Positions 9,328 to 21,592 of a stretch of DNA of 64,000 nt are shown here, piece after piece. The notes under the pieces were generated by a model that worked only from the letters and a program-made list of their open reading frames with translations, had not been told where the DNA came from and ran no database searches. The first letter of the stretch is position 1. Each line of letters opens with the position of its first letter. This stretch comes from an uncultured Nitrososphaeraceae archaeon (GTDB lineage Archaea > Thermoproteota > Nitrososphaeria > Nitrososphaerales > Nitrososphaeraceae), in assembly GCA_963779615.1 (NCBI GenBank), contig CAVZZA010000001.1, positions 352,001-416,000 of the forward strand, given 5' to 3'. The position numbers were made by a program, and so were the translations under genes.

Positions 9328-10443
9328 TTATTTTGGTTTAACCAATACCTTTCCAACCATCCAAGGATGAAATAAACAACTATATTCATAAAGGCCAGGT
9401 TTATTAAAAACTAGCGTAAAAAAATTACTGAAAGGGTAATCAAAATTTTGTTTTTTATTTAATGCAAGTAAAGGTCCTGAATTAACAAATGTTTCATTAC
9501 CTTGAAAAACATATTTAGAATCTGTGCCTAAATTCAATACCTTTTCATCAACTGTAATAGCGGTAGGATTCAAAGCTCTATAATTTAATAACATTACAAT
9601 CTGAGTTCCACTGGTTGTTTCAACCCATGGCTCACCTAGATTATCCATTACCGGTGTAAATGTAGTACCATGAGATACGTAAAAAGGGAGACTTATTTTT
9701 TCTATGTGATTTAATCCCTGAATAAATGTAACAGTATGAGGAAGAGGAACTTTTATTCCGTTATGCCATGTGATGCTATCACCCTGCGTAATCTCAATAT
9801 ATGAGGGATAATATTGATTATAAGATACAGAAGAATTGCCTTGACCTACCTTAATAATAAAATTTTTAGAGTTTGCAGAGGCAGCAGAACTGTTACCTTG
9901 GTTCAATAAACCAGTGGAGTTTGCAGGCGCAGCAGAGGCAGCAGAACTGTTACCTTGGTTCAATAAACCAGTGGAGTTTGCAGGCGCAGCAGAGGCAGCA
10001 GAACTGTTACCTTGGTTCAATAAACCAGTGGAGTTTGCAGGCGCAGCAGAGGCAGCAGAACTGTTACCTTGGTTCAATAAACCAGTGGAGTTTGCAGGCG
10101 CAGCAGAGGCAGCAGAACTGTTACTTGGGTATATCAAACCAGTGGAGTTTGCAGGCGCAGCAGAGGCAGCAGAACTGTTACTTGGGTATATCAAACCAGT
10201 GGAGTTTGCAGGCGCAGCAGAGGCAGCAGAACTGTTACCTTGGTTCAATAAACCAGTGGAGTTTGCAGGCGCAGCAGAGGCAGCAGAACTGTTACTTGGG
10301 TATATCAAACCAGTGGAGTTTGCAGGCGCAGACCCAAAAGATGGATTAATAGTTCCGTTTATGCAAGGTAAAAGAAAATTATAACAACCTAATGCAATTA
10401 CATTAAAGATAAGTAATATAATAAATGTTCTTAACAATATCAC
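9328..10443 (-). CDS. secreted/surface cupredoxin (plastocyanin-like) with Ser/Ala/Asn tandem-repeat linker
   Basis: N-terminal hydrophobic signal, PHTVT and YSCLFHPWMVG type-1 copper ligands. Confidence 0.85.
   Translation of the reverse strand: MILLRTFIILLIFNVIALGCYNFLLPCINGTINPSFGSAPANSTGLIYPSNSSAASAAPANSTGLLNQGNSSAASAAPANSTGLIYPSNSSAASAAPANSTGLIYPSNSSAASAAPANSTGLLNQGNSSAASAAPANSTGLLNQGNSSAASAAPANSTGLLNQGNSSAASAAPANSTGLLNQGNSSAASANSKNFIIKVGQGNSSVSYNQYYPSYIEITQGDSITWHNGIKVPLPHTVTFIQGLNHIEKISLPFYVSHGTTFTPVMDNLGEPWVETTSGTQIVMLLNYRALNPTAITVDEKVLNLGTDSKYVFQGNETFVNSGPLLALNKKQNFDYPFSNFFTLVFNKPGLYEYSCLFHPWMVGKVLVKPK
9875..10330. repeat. 57-bp coding tandem repeat x8 (APANSTGL[LNQG/IYPS]NSSAASA)
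   Basis: period 57 read directly; two unit variants. Confidence 0.97.
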
Positions 10444-10590
10444 AGATTTTCAGTTAATTAAACAGATTAAAATAATATAATGGTTTTTGTATACGCATCA
10501 GTTATTATTAGACCACACAATATTATTATGAAACAGATTATGCATATTATATTTAAACACTTATGAAAAAGCAAGTTTACCGGTAATTAA

Positions 10591-10854
10591 TTAGATTTCT
10601 TCATTGAGTGGTTTTGATTCGATTAGATCTTGAATCTCCTCATTCATCTTTAAAAAACGAATGCCTTTTTCGGTAGTTCGGTATTTTCCACCATCTTGAA
10701 GTTCCAGCAAATTGTTCTCTAAAAGCATAGGCAAATATTCTTTGATTTGAGCATAGGATAAAAAGGCTTTATACATGATTTTTGTTTTGGATGCACTTCC
10801 GTTGGCTGCGTACAAAATATTTGATATTATTTCCGGCCTATTGCGATATTTCAT
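10591..10854 (-). CDS. winged-helix transcriptional regulator (ArnR1-like/HTH_45)
   Basis: MKYRNRPEII...KTKIMYKAFLSYAQIKEYL...YRTTEKG. Confidence 0.88.
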   Translation of the reverse strand: MKYRNRPEIISNILYAANGSASKTKIMYKAFLSYAQIKEYLPMLLENNLLELQDGGKYRTTEKGIRFLKMNEEIQDLIESKPLNEEI

Positions 10855-11017
10855 GTGTTGTTTATAGAAGAAAGTAATATATAACTTGTATTATATATTA
10901 TACTATAATAAAATAGCACTGTTTGATAACTTTTAAAGCTCATTTAAATTAATTTATAATACTCAATATGAGATAAACATGATAAGTTAATAATAGTTTT
11001 TAGTAATTATTTACCTA

Positions 11018-11995
11018 TTGTCACATGAAACAAATATAATTCATAATTCATCTTGCGGTAAATATGATGCAATAATTTTTGATATAGACGGAGTTTTAAT
11101 TGATGTGGTTAACTCGTATAACCAGACAATAGAGAAAACAATACAACATGTTTTGAGTAATAATTTTAATACAAGCCCAGTTAAATTACCAGTAGACAAA
11201 CTAATTGATAAATTTAGATTTACTGGAGGGTTCAATAACGATATTGATACAGCATATTCAATAATTTTAATAACTTTATATTGTAAATCAATTAATAAAA
11301 ATGACATAAACGAAATTTTTATTTTTACTACCGACCTGTTAGAAAAAATAAATGATAAAGGAATATTTTCTGTTGAAAAGGAACTTGAGAAATTTGGAAA
11401 TATCAAAGACATCAAAACCAAATTAGGATATCCTAAAGATGACAACATCATTTCGTCGGTTTTTAATGAGATATTCTATGGCCCTGATCTTTTCAAAAGG
11501 CAGTTTAAGAAAAATCCATCACATTATTTGGATAAGCCATTTATAAATAACGATAAGATAATAATTAAAGAAAAAACAATACAAGATCTTTCAAAAGTAT
11601 TTAATGGAAAACTAATCTTAATGTCAGGTAGAAGTAAAGTAGCAGCGGAATTTACCCTAAATGAGCTTTTTGATTACTTTATAAAAGACGCCTGTATTTT
11701 TTTAGAAGACGAAAAAAGAGAATTTGCAAAACCGAATACCTACGGGATACATAGAATTTTTAATAAACTAAATTTAAAAAATGCCATTTATGTTGGAGAT
11801 TCCATAGAAGACCTTTTGATGATTGAAAAATTCAGGTATGAAACAGACAATACAAAAATTTTTTTTTGCGGAATATGCGGGACAAATACAAGTTCACCAG
11901 AGGGTTTAAGGAGGTTGTTTGAATTAAAAGGGGCTGACATTATTGTTGAAAATGTAAATAATTTACCACACATATTAAATAATACAAAAAAATAA
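11018..11995 (+). CDS. HAD-superfamily phosphatase (candidate histidinol-phosphatase)
   Basis: FDIDGVL, SGR, KP, VGDSIED; first gene of the hisBHAF cluster. Confidence 0.8.
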   Translation: MSHETNIIHNSSCGKYDAIIFDIDGVLIDVVNSYNQTIEKTIQHVLSNNFNTSPVKLPVDKLIDKFRFTGGFNNDIDTAYSIILITLYCKSINKNDINEIFIFTTDLLEKINDKGIFSVEKELEKFGNIKDIKTKLGYPKDDNIISSVFNEIFYGPDLFKRQFKKNPSHYLDKPFINNDKIIIKEKTIQDLSKVFNGKLILMSGRSKVAAEFTLNELFDYFIKDACIFLEDEKREFAKPNTYGIHRIFNKLNLKNAIYVGDSIEDLLMIEKFRYETDNTKIFFCGICGTNTSSPEGLRRLFELKGADIIVENVNNLPHILNNTKK

Positions 11996-12004
11996 AATCT
12001 TGTA

Positions 12005-12604
12005 TTGGTTAAAGAGGATAGGGAACGTGTAACCCATCTTGAAAGGAGAACAAAAGAGGTATCTATAGGCATAGAGATCAATCTTGATGGGACTGGAGCA
12101 TCGGACATAAAAACAAACATACCATTTTTAGATCACATCATAAATTCATTTGCAAGATATAGCAAAATTGACATTAATTTGACAGCAACTAGTGAAGACC
12201 ATATAAAGCATCACTTAATCGAAGATGTAGGCATAGTTTTAGGTCAAGCTATAAACAGAGCACTTGGAGAAAGAGAAAAAATATCTCGTTTCGGTTATTC
12301 ACTGATTCCAATGGATGAATCTATTTCAAAAGTCGCAGTTGATTTGATAAAACGGCCATATTCTCACATAGACCTAAAATTAGAAAGAGAGATGATTGAA
12401 AATATCTCAAAGGAAGATATAATGCATTTTATTCAATCATTTGTATCAAACTTAAACTGTTGTACACATATCATTGTGGAGTACGGAACAAATGATCATC
12501 ATAAAATAGAGGCTACAATGAAAGCATTTGCAATAGCATTAAAAACAGCCATGAAATTTGATCCCATTAATGAAGAAAAGCCTTCCACCAAAGGAATGAT
12601 GTAG
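12005..12604 (+). CDS. hisB: imidazoleglycerol-phosphate dehydratase
   Basis: HHLIEDVG, PMDE, NDHHKIEA, PSTKG. Confidence 0.97.
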   Translation: MVKEDRERVTHLERRTKEVSIGIEINLDGTGASDIKTNIPFLDHIINSFARYSKIDINLTATSEDHIKHHLIEDVGIVLGQAINRALGEREKISRFGYSLIPMDESISKVAVDLIKRPYSHIDLKLEREMIENISKEDIMHFIQSFVSNLNCCTHIIVEYGTNDHHKIEATMKAFAIALKTAMKFDPINEEKPSTKGMM

Positions 12605-12606
12605 AT

Positions 12607-13227
12607 ATGATTAGAATATCAATATTTGATTACGGGGCGGGAAATATTTTTAGTTTGGAATCATCACTAAAAAGAAATGGTGCAAAGGTCTCGATAATAA
12701 ATGACTTTAATGACGTAATTGAAGATTTTGACGGACTGGTTTTACCTGGAGTTGGGAATATTGATCCAGCATTAATATCAATAAATAAATGCAGAAAAAA
12801 GTTTTTAAATTGTATCGAAAAAAATATTCCCATATTGGGAATATGTTTAGGTATGGAAATGTTGTTTGAAAAAAGCGAGGAGGGAAATCTTGAGGGGCTG
12901 AAAATTATTAAAGGAGAAGTCCTATCCCTCCCAAAATCCATAATAAAAATTCCCCATATTGGATGGAATAACCTGGATATAGTCGATGGTAAGGGCAAAC
13001 TATTTGAAGGGGTGCCAAATAATTCATGGGTATACTTCGTTCATTCATACTACACAGTACCTGAAGATGCAAATGTAATAACAGCAAGGTCAAATTACGG
13101 AATATCAATTCCCGCATCCATTGAAAAAGATAACATTTTTTGTACGCAATTTCATCCAGAAAAGTCAAGTAAAATCGGAGAAAAAATGATAAAAAACTTT
13201 ATTAAAATCTGCGCGGGTTCAAAATGA
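12607..13227 (+). CDS. hisH: imidazole glycerol phosphate synthase glutaminase subunit
   Basis: DYGAGN, LGICLGM, YFVHSY, QFHPEKS. Confidence 0.97.
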   Translation: MIRISIFDYGAGNIFSLESSLKRNGAKVSIINDFNDVIEDFDGLVLPGVGNIDPALISINKCRKKFLNCIEKNIPILGICLGMEMLFEKSEEGNLEGLKIIKGEVLSLPKSIIKIPHIGWNNLDIVDGKGKLFEGVPNNSWVYFVHSYYTVPEDANVITARSNYGISIPASIEKDNIFCTQFHPEKSSKIGEKMIKNFIKICAGSK

Positions 13228-13940
13228 AAAGTATTGCTGCAATTGATCTAATAGATAATCAAGTAGTAAGACTGGTTAATGGCAAATTAGAAAACAAAAC
13301 AGTATATAGTAATGACCCTATAGAAACTGCAAAAAAATGGGAATCTGAAGGGGCTGATGGTCTTCACATAGTGGACCTCGACGCAGCTTTGAATACCGGA
13401 AAAAATAATACCGAACTAATCTTAAAAATTGTAGATTTAGTGAATATCCCAATCCAAATTGCAGGAGGAATCAGAACATTAAATAATGTAAATAAACTCT
13501 TGGAGAAAAAGCAATCTCTAAAGGTTGTTTTGGGGACAATGGCATTTAAAGATCCAGAATCCATAAAAAAAATAACCAAGAAAAAATTAGATCGCATAAT
13601 AATTGCAGTTGATCATGATAATGAAAATATAATGATATCAGGATGGAAGGAATTTTCAGGGATGAAACTTTTTAACGCAATTAAATTATTTAACGAATTT
13701 GGTATTAATAATTTCTTATTAACAAATATAAACAAAGATGGTACTCTCGAAGGACCAGATATAAACACACTTGTTAGGTTAAATGATATTTTTAAGGATA
13801 TCAAAATAATATCAAGCGGCGGAATAAGCAACATAACAGACATAATAAAATTAAGAAATACCAATTGTTATGCAGTAATACTTGGAAAAGCACTGTATGA
13901 TGAAAAACTAACACTAAACCAAGTACAAAAAGTGATTTGA
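13224..13940 (+). CDS. hisA: ProFAR isomerase
   Basis: AIDL, LHIVDLDAA, GGIR, DGTLEGPD, GKALY. Confidence 0.95.
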   Translation: MKSIAAIDLIDNQVVRLVNGKLENKTVYSNDPIETAKKWESEGADGLHIVDLDAALNTGKNNTELILKIVDLVNIPIQIAGGIRTLNNVNKLLEKKQSLKVVLGTMAFKDPESIKKITKKKLDRIIIAVDHDNENIMISGWKEFSGMKLFNAIKLFNEFGINNFLLTNINKDGTLEGPDINTLVRLNDIFKDIKIISSGGISNITDIIKLRNTNCYAVILGKALYDEKLTLNQVQKVI

Positions 13941-14752
13941 TAATGCCACTTGCAAAAAGAATTATCCCATGCCTTGACGTCAATAAAGGCAGAGTTGTAA
14001 AAGGCATTAATTTTAAAGAATTAAAAGATGCTGGAAATCCTGTCAAATTAGCAAAAAGATACAGCGAAGAAGGGGCTGATGAGCTGGTGTTTTTAGATAT
14101 TACCGCGGCAGAAGAACACAGGGAAATTATGAAAAACATCGTCAAAAATGTAGCAAGTGTCATAAATATTCCTTTTACAGTTGGAGGAGGAATAAAAAAA
14201 CTAGATGATGCTCGAAGTATCCTATTAAGTGGTGCGGATAGAGTTTCAATAAATACAGCAGCAGTAATAAAACCCATTTTAATTCAAGAATTAATGTCTA
14301 TTTTTGGCAGGCAATGCATAGTTGTTGCACTAGACGTTAAAAGAAATCATGGTAAAGGAGGCAAATACATTTTTTCCAAAGATGGAAAAAACTATTGGTT
14401 TGAAATAAAAACATTCGGTGGTAAAAAATCAACAGGAATAGACGCAATAGAATGGGCAAAAAAAGTAGAGGACCTTGGAGCAGGTGAAATACTATTAACT
14501 AGTATCGATACAGATGGTACAGAAAATGGTTATGATATTGAGTTGATTGACTCAATTTGTGATAAAATAAATATACCTGTGATTGCGTCAGGGGGTTGTG
14601 GCTCAAAGGAAGATATTTTAGAGTTATTCAAAAAAACACAGGTCGATGCAGCTTTAGCAGCTTCCTTATTCCATTTTAAAAAGGCAGGATTAAATGAAGT
14701 TAAAGAACATTTATCCAAAAATAACATATCGATTCGACCACAATGCATATAA
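13937..14752 (+). CDS. hisF: imidazole glycerol phosphate synthase cyclase subunit
   Basis: [28 protein letters not shown]. Confidence 0.97.
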   Translation: MIMPLAKRIIPCLDVNKGRVVKGINFKELKDAGNPVKLAKRYSEEGADELVFLDITAAEEHREIMKNIVKNVASVINIPFTVGGGIKKLDDARSILLSGADRVSINTAAVIKPILIQELMSIFGRQCIVVALDVKRNHGKGGKYIFSKDGKNYWFEIKTFGGKKSTGIDAIEWAKKVEDLGAGEILLTSIDTDGTENGYDIELIDSICDKINIPVIASGGCGSKEDILELFKKTQVDAALAASLFHFKKAGLNEVKEHLSKNNISIRPQCI

Positions 14753-15127
14753 TATTTTACGGCATATAATAACAAAGAATAATTAATTTTATCAATTTTA
14801 TGAAATCATATGTTTTATTCCCCCGTGGCCCTTTTTTCAATTTGGCCAACAGTTTATCATGTATGGTTGCATCATCGAATTTATAAGTAAATACTTTTTT
14901 TTAGGATTAGGTTCTGTTCACTAAATGAAAATCTTTTCTTTTGGTACCTGAATAGTGTTTTAAGTAAAATGCAAGTTGATTTTGTATTGATCCAGATTAA
15001 TTTAACTAAATGGTGTTCAATGTTTGAATCAGAATAATTGGATAAATCAAATGAACAGGATATTTCATAACACAAATAAAAAAATGGCTAAAAGCATTAT
15101 TTAATTAAATTCTAATGAGAGTAAAAA

Positions 15128-15412
15128 CTAAATTGTTGTTATAATTTGAAAGTCTGAAAATTCATTTTCATATGGCTCATTTACAATTTCCATGTTTTTT
15201 ACTATTGCATTTTTTGGGCCATCATTACACCAATCCACCAGTTTATTTACTTCTACTTTTTCACCTTCAAAAACAGCCTCGACTCGCCCATCTTTTAAAT
15301 TTCTAATCCAACCTAAAACATTTAATTCCTGTGCTTTACCTACTGTGTTTTGTCTAAAATACACGCCTTGTACTTTTCCACTAATAAAAACATGTACTCT
15401 ACAATATTGCAT
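15128..15412 (-). CDS. acyP: acylphosphatase
   Basis: GKVQGVYFR, GWIRNLKDGRVE. Confidence 0.95.
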   Translation of the reverse strand: MQYCRVHVFISGKVQGVYFRQNTVGKAQELNVLGWIRNLKDGRVEAVFEGEKVEVNKLVDWCNDGPKNAIVKNMEIVNEPYENEFSDFQIITTI

Positions 15413-15453
15413 TCAATTCACATCATCAATTACTTTTAAAATTATGAAAATCA

Positions 15454-16812
15454 TTATGATATTTGCCCTCCTTCTTCAATAAATAATTCTTCAAAAGAAG
15501 TACCTTTTCTAATTAATTTGAAATCATTATCAATTGTTTTCATCAAAACAGGAGGTTTTGTTTGACAATGAAATGGCATGTTAAAGACTAATGAATAAGC
15601 ACCTACATTATAGAACAAGACATAGTTCCCTACATATGCACAAGACAGGTCGGATATTTTAGATATTGGAAAAACATCAAGTGTATCGCATAATCTTCCC
15701 GCCAGACTAACATTCTTTACAGAAGGATGTTTCTTTACAGCATTAATGTTCACTTCATAGGCATAATTTTCACAAGGTATTACTTCTTGTGGATATTCTT
15801 GTTTGAGTAGGGCAGCGTCAAGTAAAAGATGATATCCTGTATCTAAAATAATTATTCTATGATCATTGTATTCTTTTATATTTACAATTTTAGATACCAT
15901 TACAGAAGATTCCGCAACAAGGAACCGCCCGCTCTCGATCATTAATGTGAAATTACCATGATCAGATACCAGGTTGTTTAGCTTTTCTACATATATTGAT
16001 GCCATTTCATCAGGAGTTGGAACAGGATCATTATAAAAAACTGGTGTTCCCCCGCCAATGTCTAAAATAGCGATAGAAAAATTATTAACTTCTTTTTTTA
16101 ATTTGTTTATAAGCGAATTAAGTCTCTCTAAAGCATTCACATAACATATAAAATTAGTTATTTGAGAACCAAGGTGAAAATGAAATCCTTCAAAGTTTAA
16201 TAAAGGATCATTAAATATGGCTTTAACAATAAAATACGCTGAATCGGTTTTTCCGCCATTAAAAGGCACGCCAAATTTCCCATTTTTGTAGGATGCTCGA
16301 ACTTCGGCCTTAACGCTCACTTCTGGATTAATACGCACCATTATTTTAGGTCGAATATTTACGATACGAACAGCTTTTGACAAATTAACAAACCCATAAT
16401 AAGAACTTACGACGATCCTTTTGACTCCGTTTTTTAACACTTCCACATATTCATCTAGTTCCTCCGTAACACTTGTATATACTATATTTTCGGGATCGCA
16501 TTTCAGTCGATTTATGAAATACAATTCTCCTATAGAAGTAAGATCAAAGGTTATGCCATCTTTCATAAAGGTTTTTAGGACGGATGGATTAAAATTAGCC
16601 TTAATAGAATAGGCAATTTTTACATCGCCTTGAAAGTTTTTATAAGCATGATGAAGCTCTAATACCTTGTCATGTAAAGTTTTTTCATCTACAACATATA
16701 AAGGTGTACCATATCTTTCTGCCAAAATATTGATTTCCTTATTTGACGCAAAACGCTTTGTTTTAGATAACGTTACTTTATTTTGAAATACCTGTAATAC
16801 ATTTTCTACCAT
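15454..16812 (-). CDS. lysA: diaminopimelate decarboxylase
   Basis: GTPLYV, YSIKAN PLP lysine, HFHLGSQ, DIGGG, ESGRFL, GRLCDTLD. Confidence 0.9.
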   Translation of the reverse strand: MVENVLQVFQNKVTLSKTKRFASNKEINILAERYGTPLYVVDEKTLHDKVLELHHAYKNFQGDVKIAYSIKANFNPSVLKTFMKDGITFDLTSIGELYFINRLKCDPENIVYTSVTEELDEYVEVLKNGVKRIVVSSYYGFVNLSKAVRIVNIRPKIMVRINPEVSVKAEVRASYKNGKFGVPFNGGKTDSAYFIVKAIFNDPLLNFEGFHFHLGSQITNFICYVNALERLNSLINKLKKEVNNFSIAILDIGGGTPVFYNDPVPTPDEMASIYVEKLNNLVSDHGNFTLMIESGRFLVAESSVMVSKIVNIKEYNDHRIIILDTGYHLLLDAALLKQEYPQEVIPCENYAYEVNINAVKKHPSVKNVSLAGRLCDTLDVFPISKISDLSCAYVGNYVLFYNVGAYSLVFNMPFHCQTKPPVLMKTIDNDFKLIRKGTSFEELFIEEGGQIS

Positions 16813-16970
16813 TCTTTTTGTGAAATTTATTCAAAGAGATTATACTTAAAAACATTGCCCTTTAAAATTATTTCATTTTGTTGGATTTATTAAATAATTT
16901 ATAAAATTTGTGATTAAACTAATATAAATAAAGTCACTTCTAAAGATTTTAATAAAAAAAAATAAAAAAA

Positions 16971-19197
<2,227 letters not shown>

Positions 19198-19342
19198 TCA
19201 AATAGTGAAATAACTTTAAACTCCAAGAAATTTGCATGATCACAATAACAAACAAGAAAAAATTACAGTCGGTTTATCGCAACCCCTATAAAAAGAGAAT
19301 AAATTTAAAAGCGGGTCTTATAGAATTAATGTTTAGATTTAA

Positions 19343-20074
19343 TTGGGTAAAAGGACACTAGTACGAAGAAGAGGAAAAGCGGGAAAGCAGTTTAGAGCAA
19401 TAATAGTTGGAAAAATAGCGCCCACCAAGTATCCTAATTTTAGCATTAATGAACTTCATTCTGGAGTTGTAATGGATATAATACATGAGCGTGGAAGGGA
19501 TGCGCCGGTGGCTAAAATTAAATTTGACAATGGCCTATATTCATATGTTCCAGCACCAGAGGGTACAGTAGTTGGAAGCAAGGTAGAAGTTGGTAATGGT
19601 GCAAATCCTTCGTCTAAAAACATTCTAGATTTAGAATCAATTCCAGATGGAACACTCATTTGCAATATAGAAAAAAATATTGGAGATGGTGGAAGGCTTA
19701 TCAAGGCGGCAGGTTCATCAGCAATAGTTTTTTCACATTCAATAGACAGTGTAAAGGTAAAGTTCCCATCAGGCACTATATTAAACATGAATCCAAAGTG
19801 CCGTGCGATGATTGGAGTTATCTCGGGCGGTGGAAAAAAAGAGAAACCATTCCTCAAAGCTGGAAATAAGGCAAAGTATATGCAATCAAGGGGGAGACTA
19901 TATCCCATAGTAAGAGGAATTGCCCAAGCCGCAGTTTATCATCCCCATGGAGGAGGAAGACACCAACATATTGGTCATCCATCATCCGTGGCAAGAAATA
20001 CTCCCCCTGGAGCAAAAGTAGGCAATATTGCACCAAGAAAAACAGGCAGGGCCAGATTAAAAAAGAGACAGTAA
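19343..20074 (+). CDS. rpl2: 50S ribosomal protein uL2
   Basis: MGKR...HPHGGGRHQH...PPGAKVGNIAPRKTG. Confidence 0.97.
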   Translation: MGKRTLVRRRGKAGKQFRAIIVGKIAPTKYPNFSINELHSGVVMDIIHERGRDAPVAKIKFDNGLYSYVPAPEGTVVGSKVEVGNGANPSSKNILDLESIPDGTLICNIEKNIGDGGRLIKAAGSSAIVFSHSIDSVKVKFPSGTILNMNPKCRAMIGVISGGGKKEKPFLKAGNKAKYMQSRGRLYPIVRGIAQAAVYHPHGGGRHQHIGHPSSVARNTPPGAKVGNIAPRKTGRARLKKRQ

Positions 20075-20106
20075 AACAGACAATTTTTTTACTTTTTTTA
20101 ACGCGA

Positions 20107-20769
20107 ATGACAGACTTAGTAGAGGTTCTGGAGGTTATGGAACAGACATTAAAGAATAATAAGTTTTTAAGATCAACTGCTTTAGATCAACTGCAAAAGC
20201 ATGAGGAAGGCAATCCCTTTAAGGTATTAATTGGAACCATTCTTTCTTCAAGAACAAGGGATGAACACACCACTAAAGCACTAATAAAATTATTTACAAA
20301 ATACAAAGGATCGCGAGAAATTGCAGATGCAGATATAGCAGATATCAAAGAAATGATATCATCAGTAGGTTTCCATAACACAAAAGCAAAAAGAATAAAA
20401 GAAGTTTCAGACATAATAAACAAGCAATATTACGGCAAAACACCAAACAATACTGAAGATTTATTAGAATTACCCGGTGTTGGAAGAAAGACCGCTAATT
20501 GTGTCCTAGTTTATGGATTTAACATTCCTGCCATTCCGGTTGATACCCATGTACATAGAATTTGCAATAGATTAGGAATAGTCAAAACAAAAGATCCATG
20601 CAATACTGAAGAAGAGTTGTCAAAGATACTGGATCAAAAACACTGGATCAAATTGAATTCCACAATCGTAAGATATGGACAAAATATTTGTCTTCCAATA
20701 AAACCACAATGTAGTCGCTGTAAATTAAAAGAAAACTGTAACTACTATAAAGAAAAAACTAGCAAATAA
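20107..20769 (+). CDS. nth: endonuclease III
   Basis: LPGVGRKTAN HhH, VDTHVHR, C-x6-C-x2-C-x5-C Fe-S motif. Confidence 0.95.
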   Translation: MTDLVEVLEVMEQTLKNNKFLRSTALDQLQKHEEGNPFKVLIGTILSSRTRDEHTTKALIKLFTKYKGSREIADADIADIKEMISSVGFHNTKAKRIKEVSDIINKQYYGKTPNNTEDLLELPGVGRKTANCVLVYGFNIPAIPVDTHVHRICNRLGIVKTKDPCNTEEELSKILDQKHWIKLNSTIVRYGQNICLPIKPQCSRCKLKENCNYYKEKTSK

Positions 20770-20799
20770 TAGTTTAAAGCAGTTTAGAAAATAACATGT

Positions 20800-21591
20800 T
20801 TATTTTGAGCGCCTTTTTTTGAACACCAATAAAAATAGTAGCAGCCCTCCAACACCTACTATCATTACCAATGGTAAATAATATAAAGGAGATTCAGAAG
20901 GGTTTCCAAAGAAAACCTCAAATTCAATAGATCCACTCAACGCGCTAGCTGGTAATTTGGCCTCGTCTTTCCCATAAACCTTGATAGAGCCAATATTGAA
21001 TCCATCCAATGACAATTTATCAATAATAGTTCTTTTACCATCGGCAACAGACAATCCCTGAACAATTGCATGTGTTAAAACAATAGGATTACCCGCAGAC
21101 CAGCCATTCATGTTATTTTGGTATAACTTCAGGTATCCAGTATCGTTAGTATTTACAGCTACATAGAATTTTCTGGACTTGTCCCCAAACATTGCTATTT
21201 CAATAAATTTTTCACTTGGATAGGGTTCTTTGATTTGTATAACGGTTTTTGCCTCAGGATTATCAGAATAGAATATCTTATTAGCAATTGTTAATATCCA
21301 ATTATTTAGTATAGGCTCTTTAAATACATATTCCAATGAATTTTGCCGTGCGAGGTTAGAAGCATTATAAGGCAAGGTAAATCGCTCATTGTTGTTTTTT
21401 TTCAATACCTGATATTTTTGAGAATCATTTGATTGGGAGAAAGTCAAACTTGGATAGAATATAACACTAAGTGTCAAAAACAAAAATAGCAGGAAAAGGC
21501 AGGAAAAGGTGCTTTGTCTACAATTAAACAACTTAATATTTCTTTTTAAAACAGTCATATATTTGTAAAAATCATTCACATAATATAACAC
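20800..21591 (-). CDS. membrane-anchored hypothetical protein
   Basis: N-terminal hydrophobic segment and C-terminal TM followed by KKRRSK. Confidence 0.7.
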   Translation of the reverse strand: MLYYVNDFYKYMTVLKRNIKLFNCRQSTFSCLFLLFLFLTLSVIFYPSLTFSQSNDSQKYQVLKKNNNERFTLPYNASNLARQNSLEYVFKEPILNNWILTIANKIFYSDNPEAKTVIQIKEPYPSEKFIEIAMFGDKSRKFYVAVNTNDTGYLKLYQNNMNGWSAGNPIVLTHAIVQGLSVADGKRTIIDKLSLDGFNIGSIKVYGKDEAKLPASALSGSIEFEVFFGNPSESPLYYLPLVMIVGVGGLLLFLLVFKKRRSK

Positions 21592-21592
21592 A

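Noticed and set aside
9875-10330. CRISPR-like periodicity and antisense ORFs 9873-10349 and 9914-10384
   Set aside because: Contiguous 57-bp units with no unique spacers, in frame in the cupredoxin gene; the other ORFs are shadows of the repeat.
14755-15075. Short minus-strand frames between hisF and acyP
   Set aside because: Possibly a gene remnant, but no recognisable motif (not hisI/hisE).
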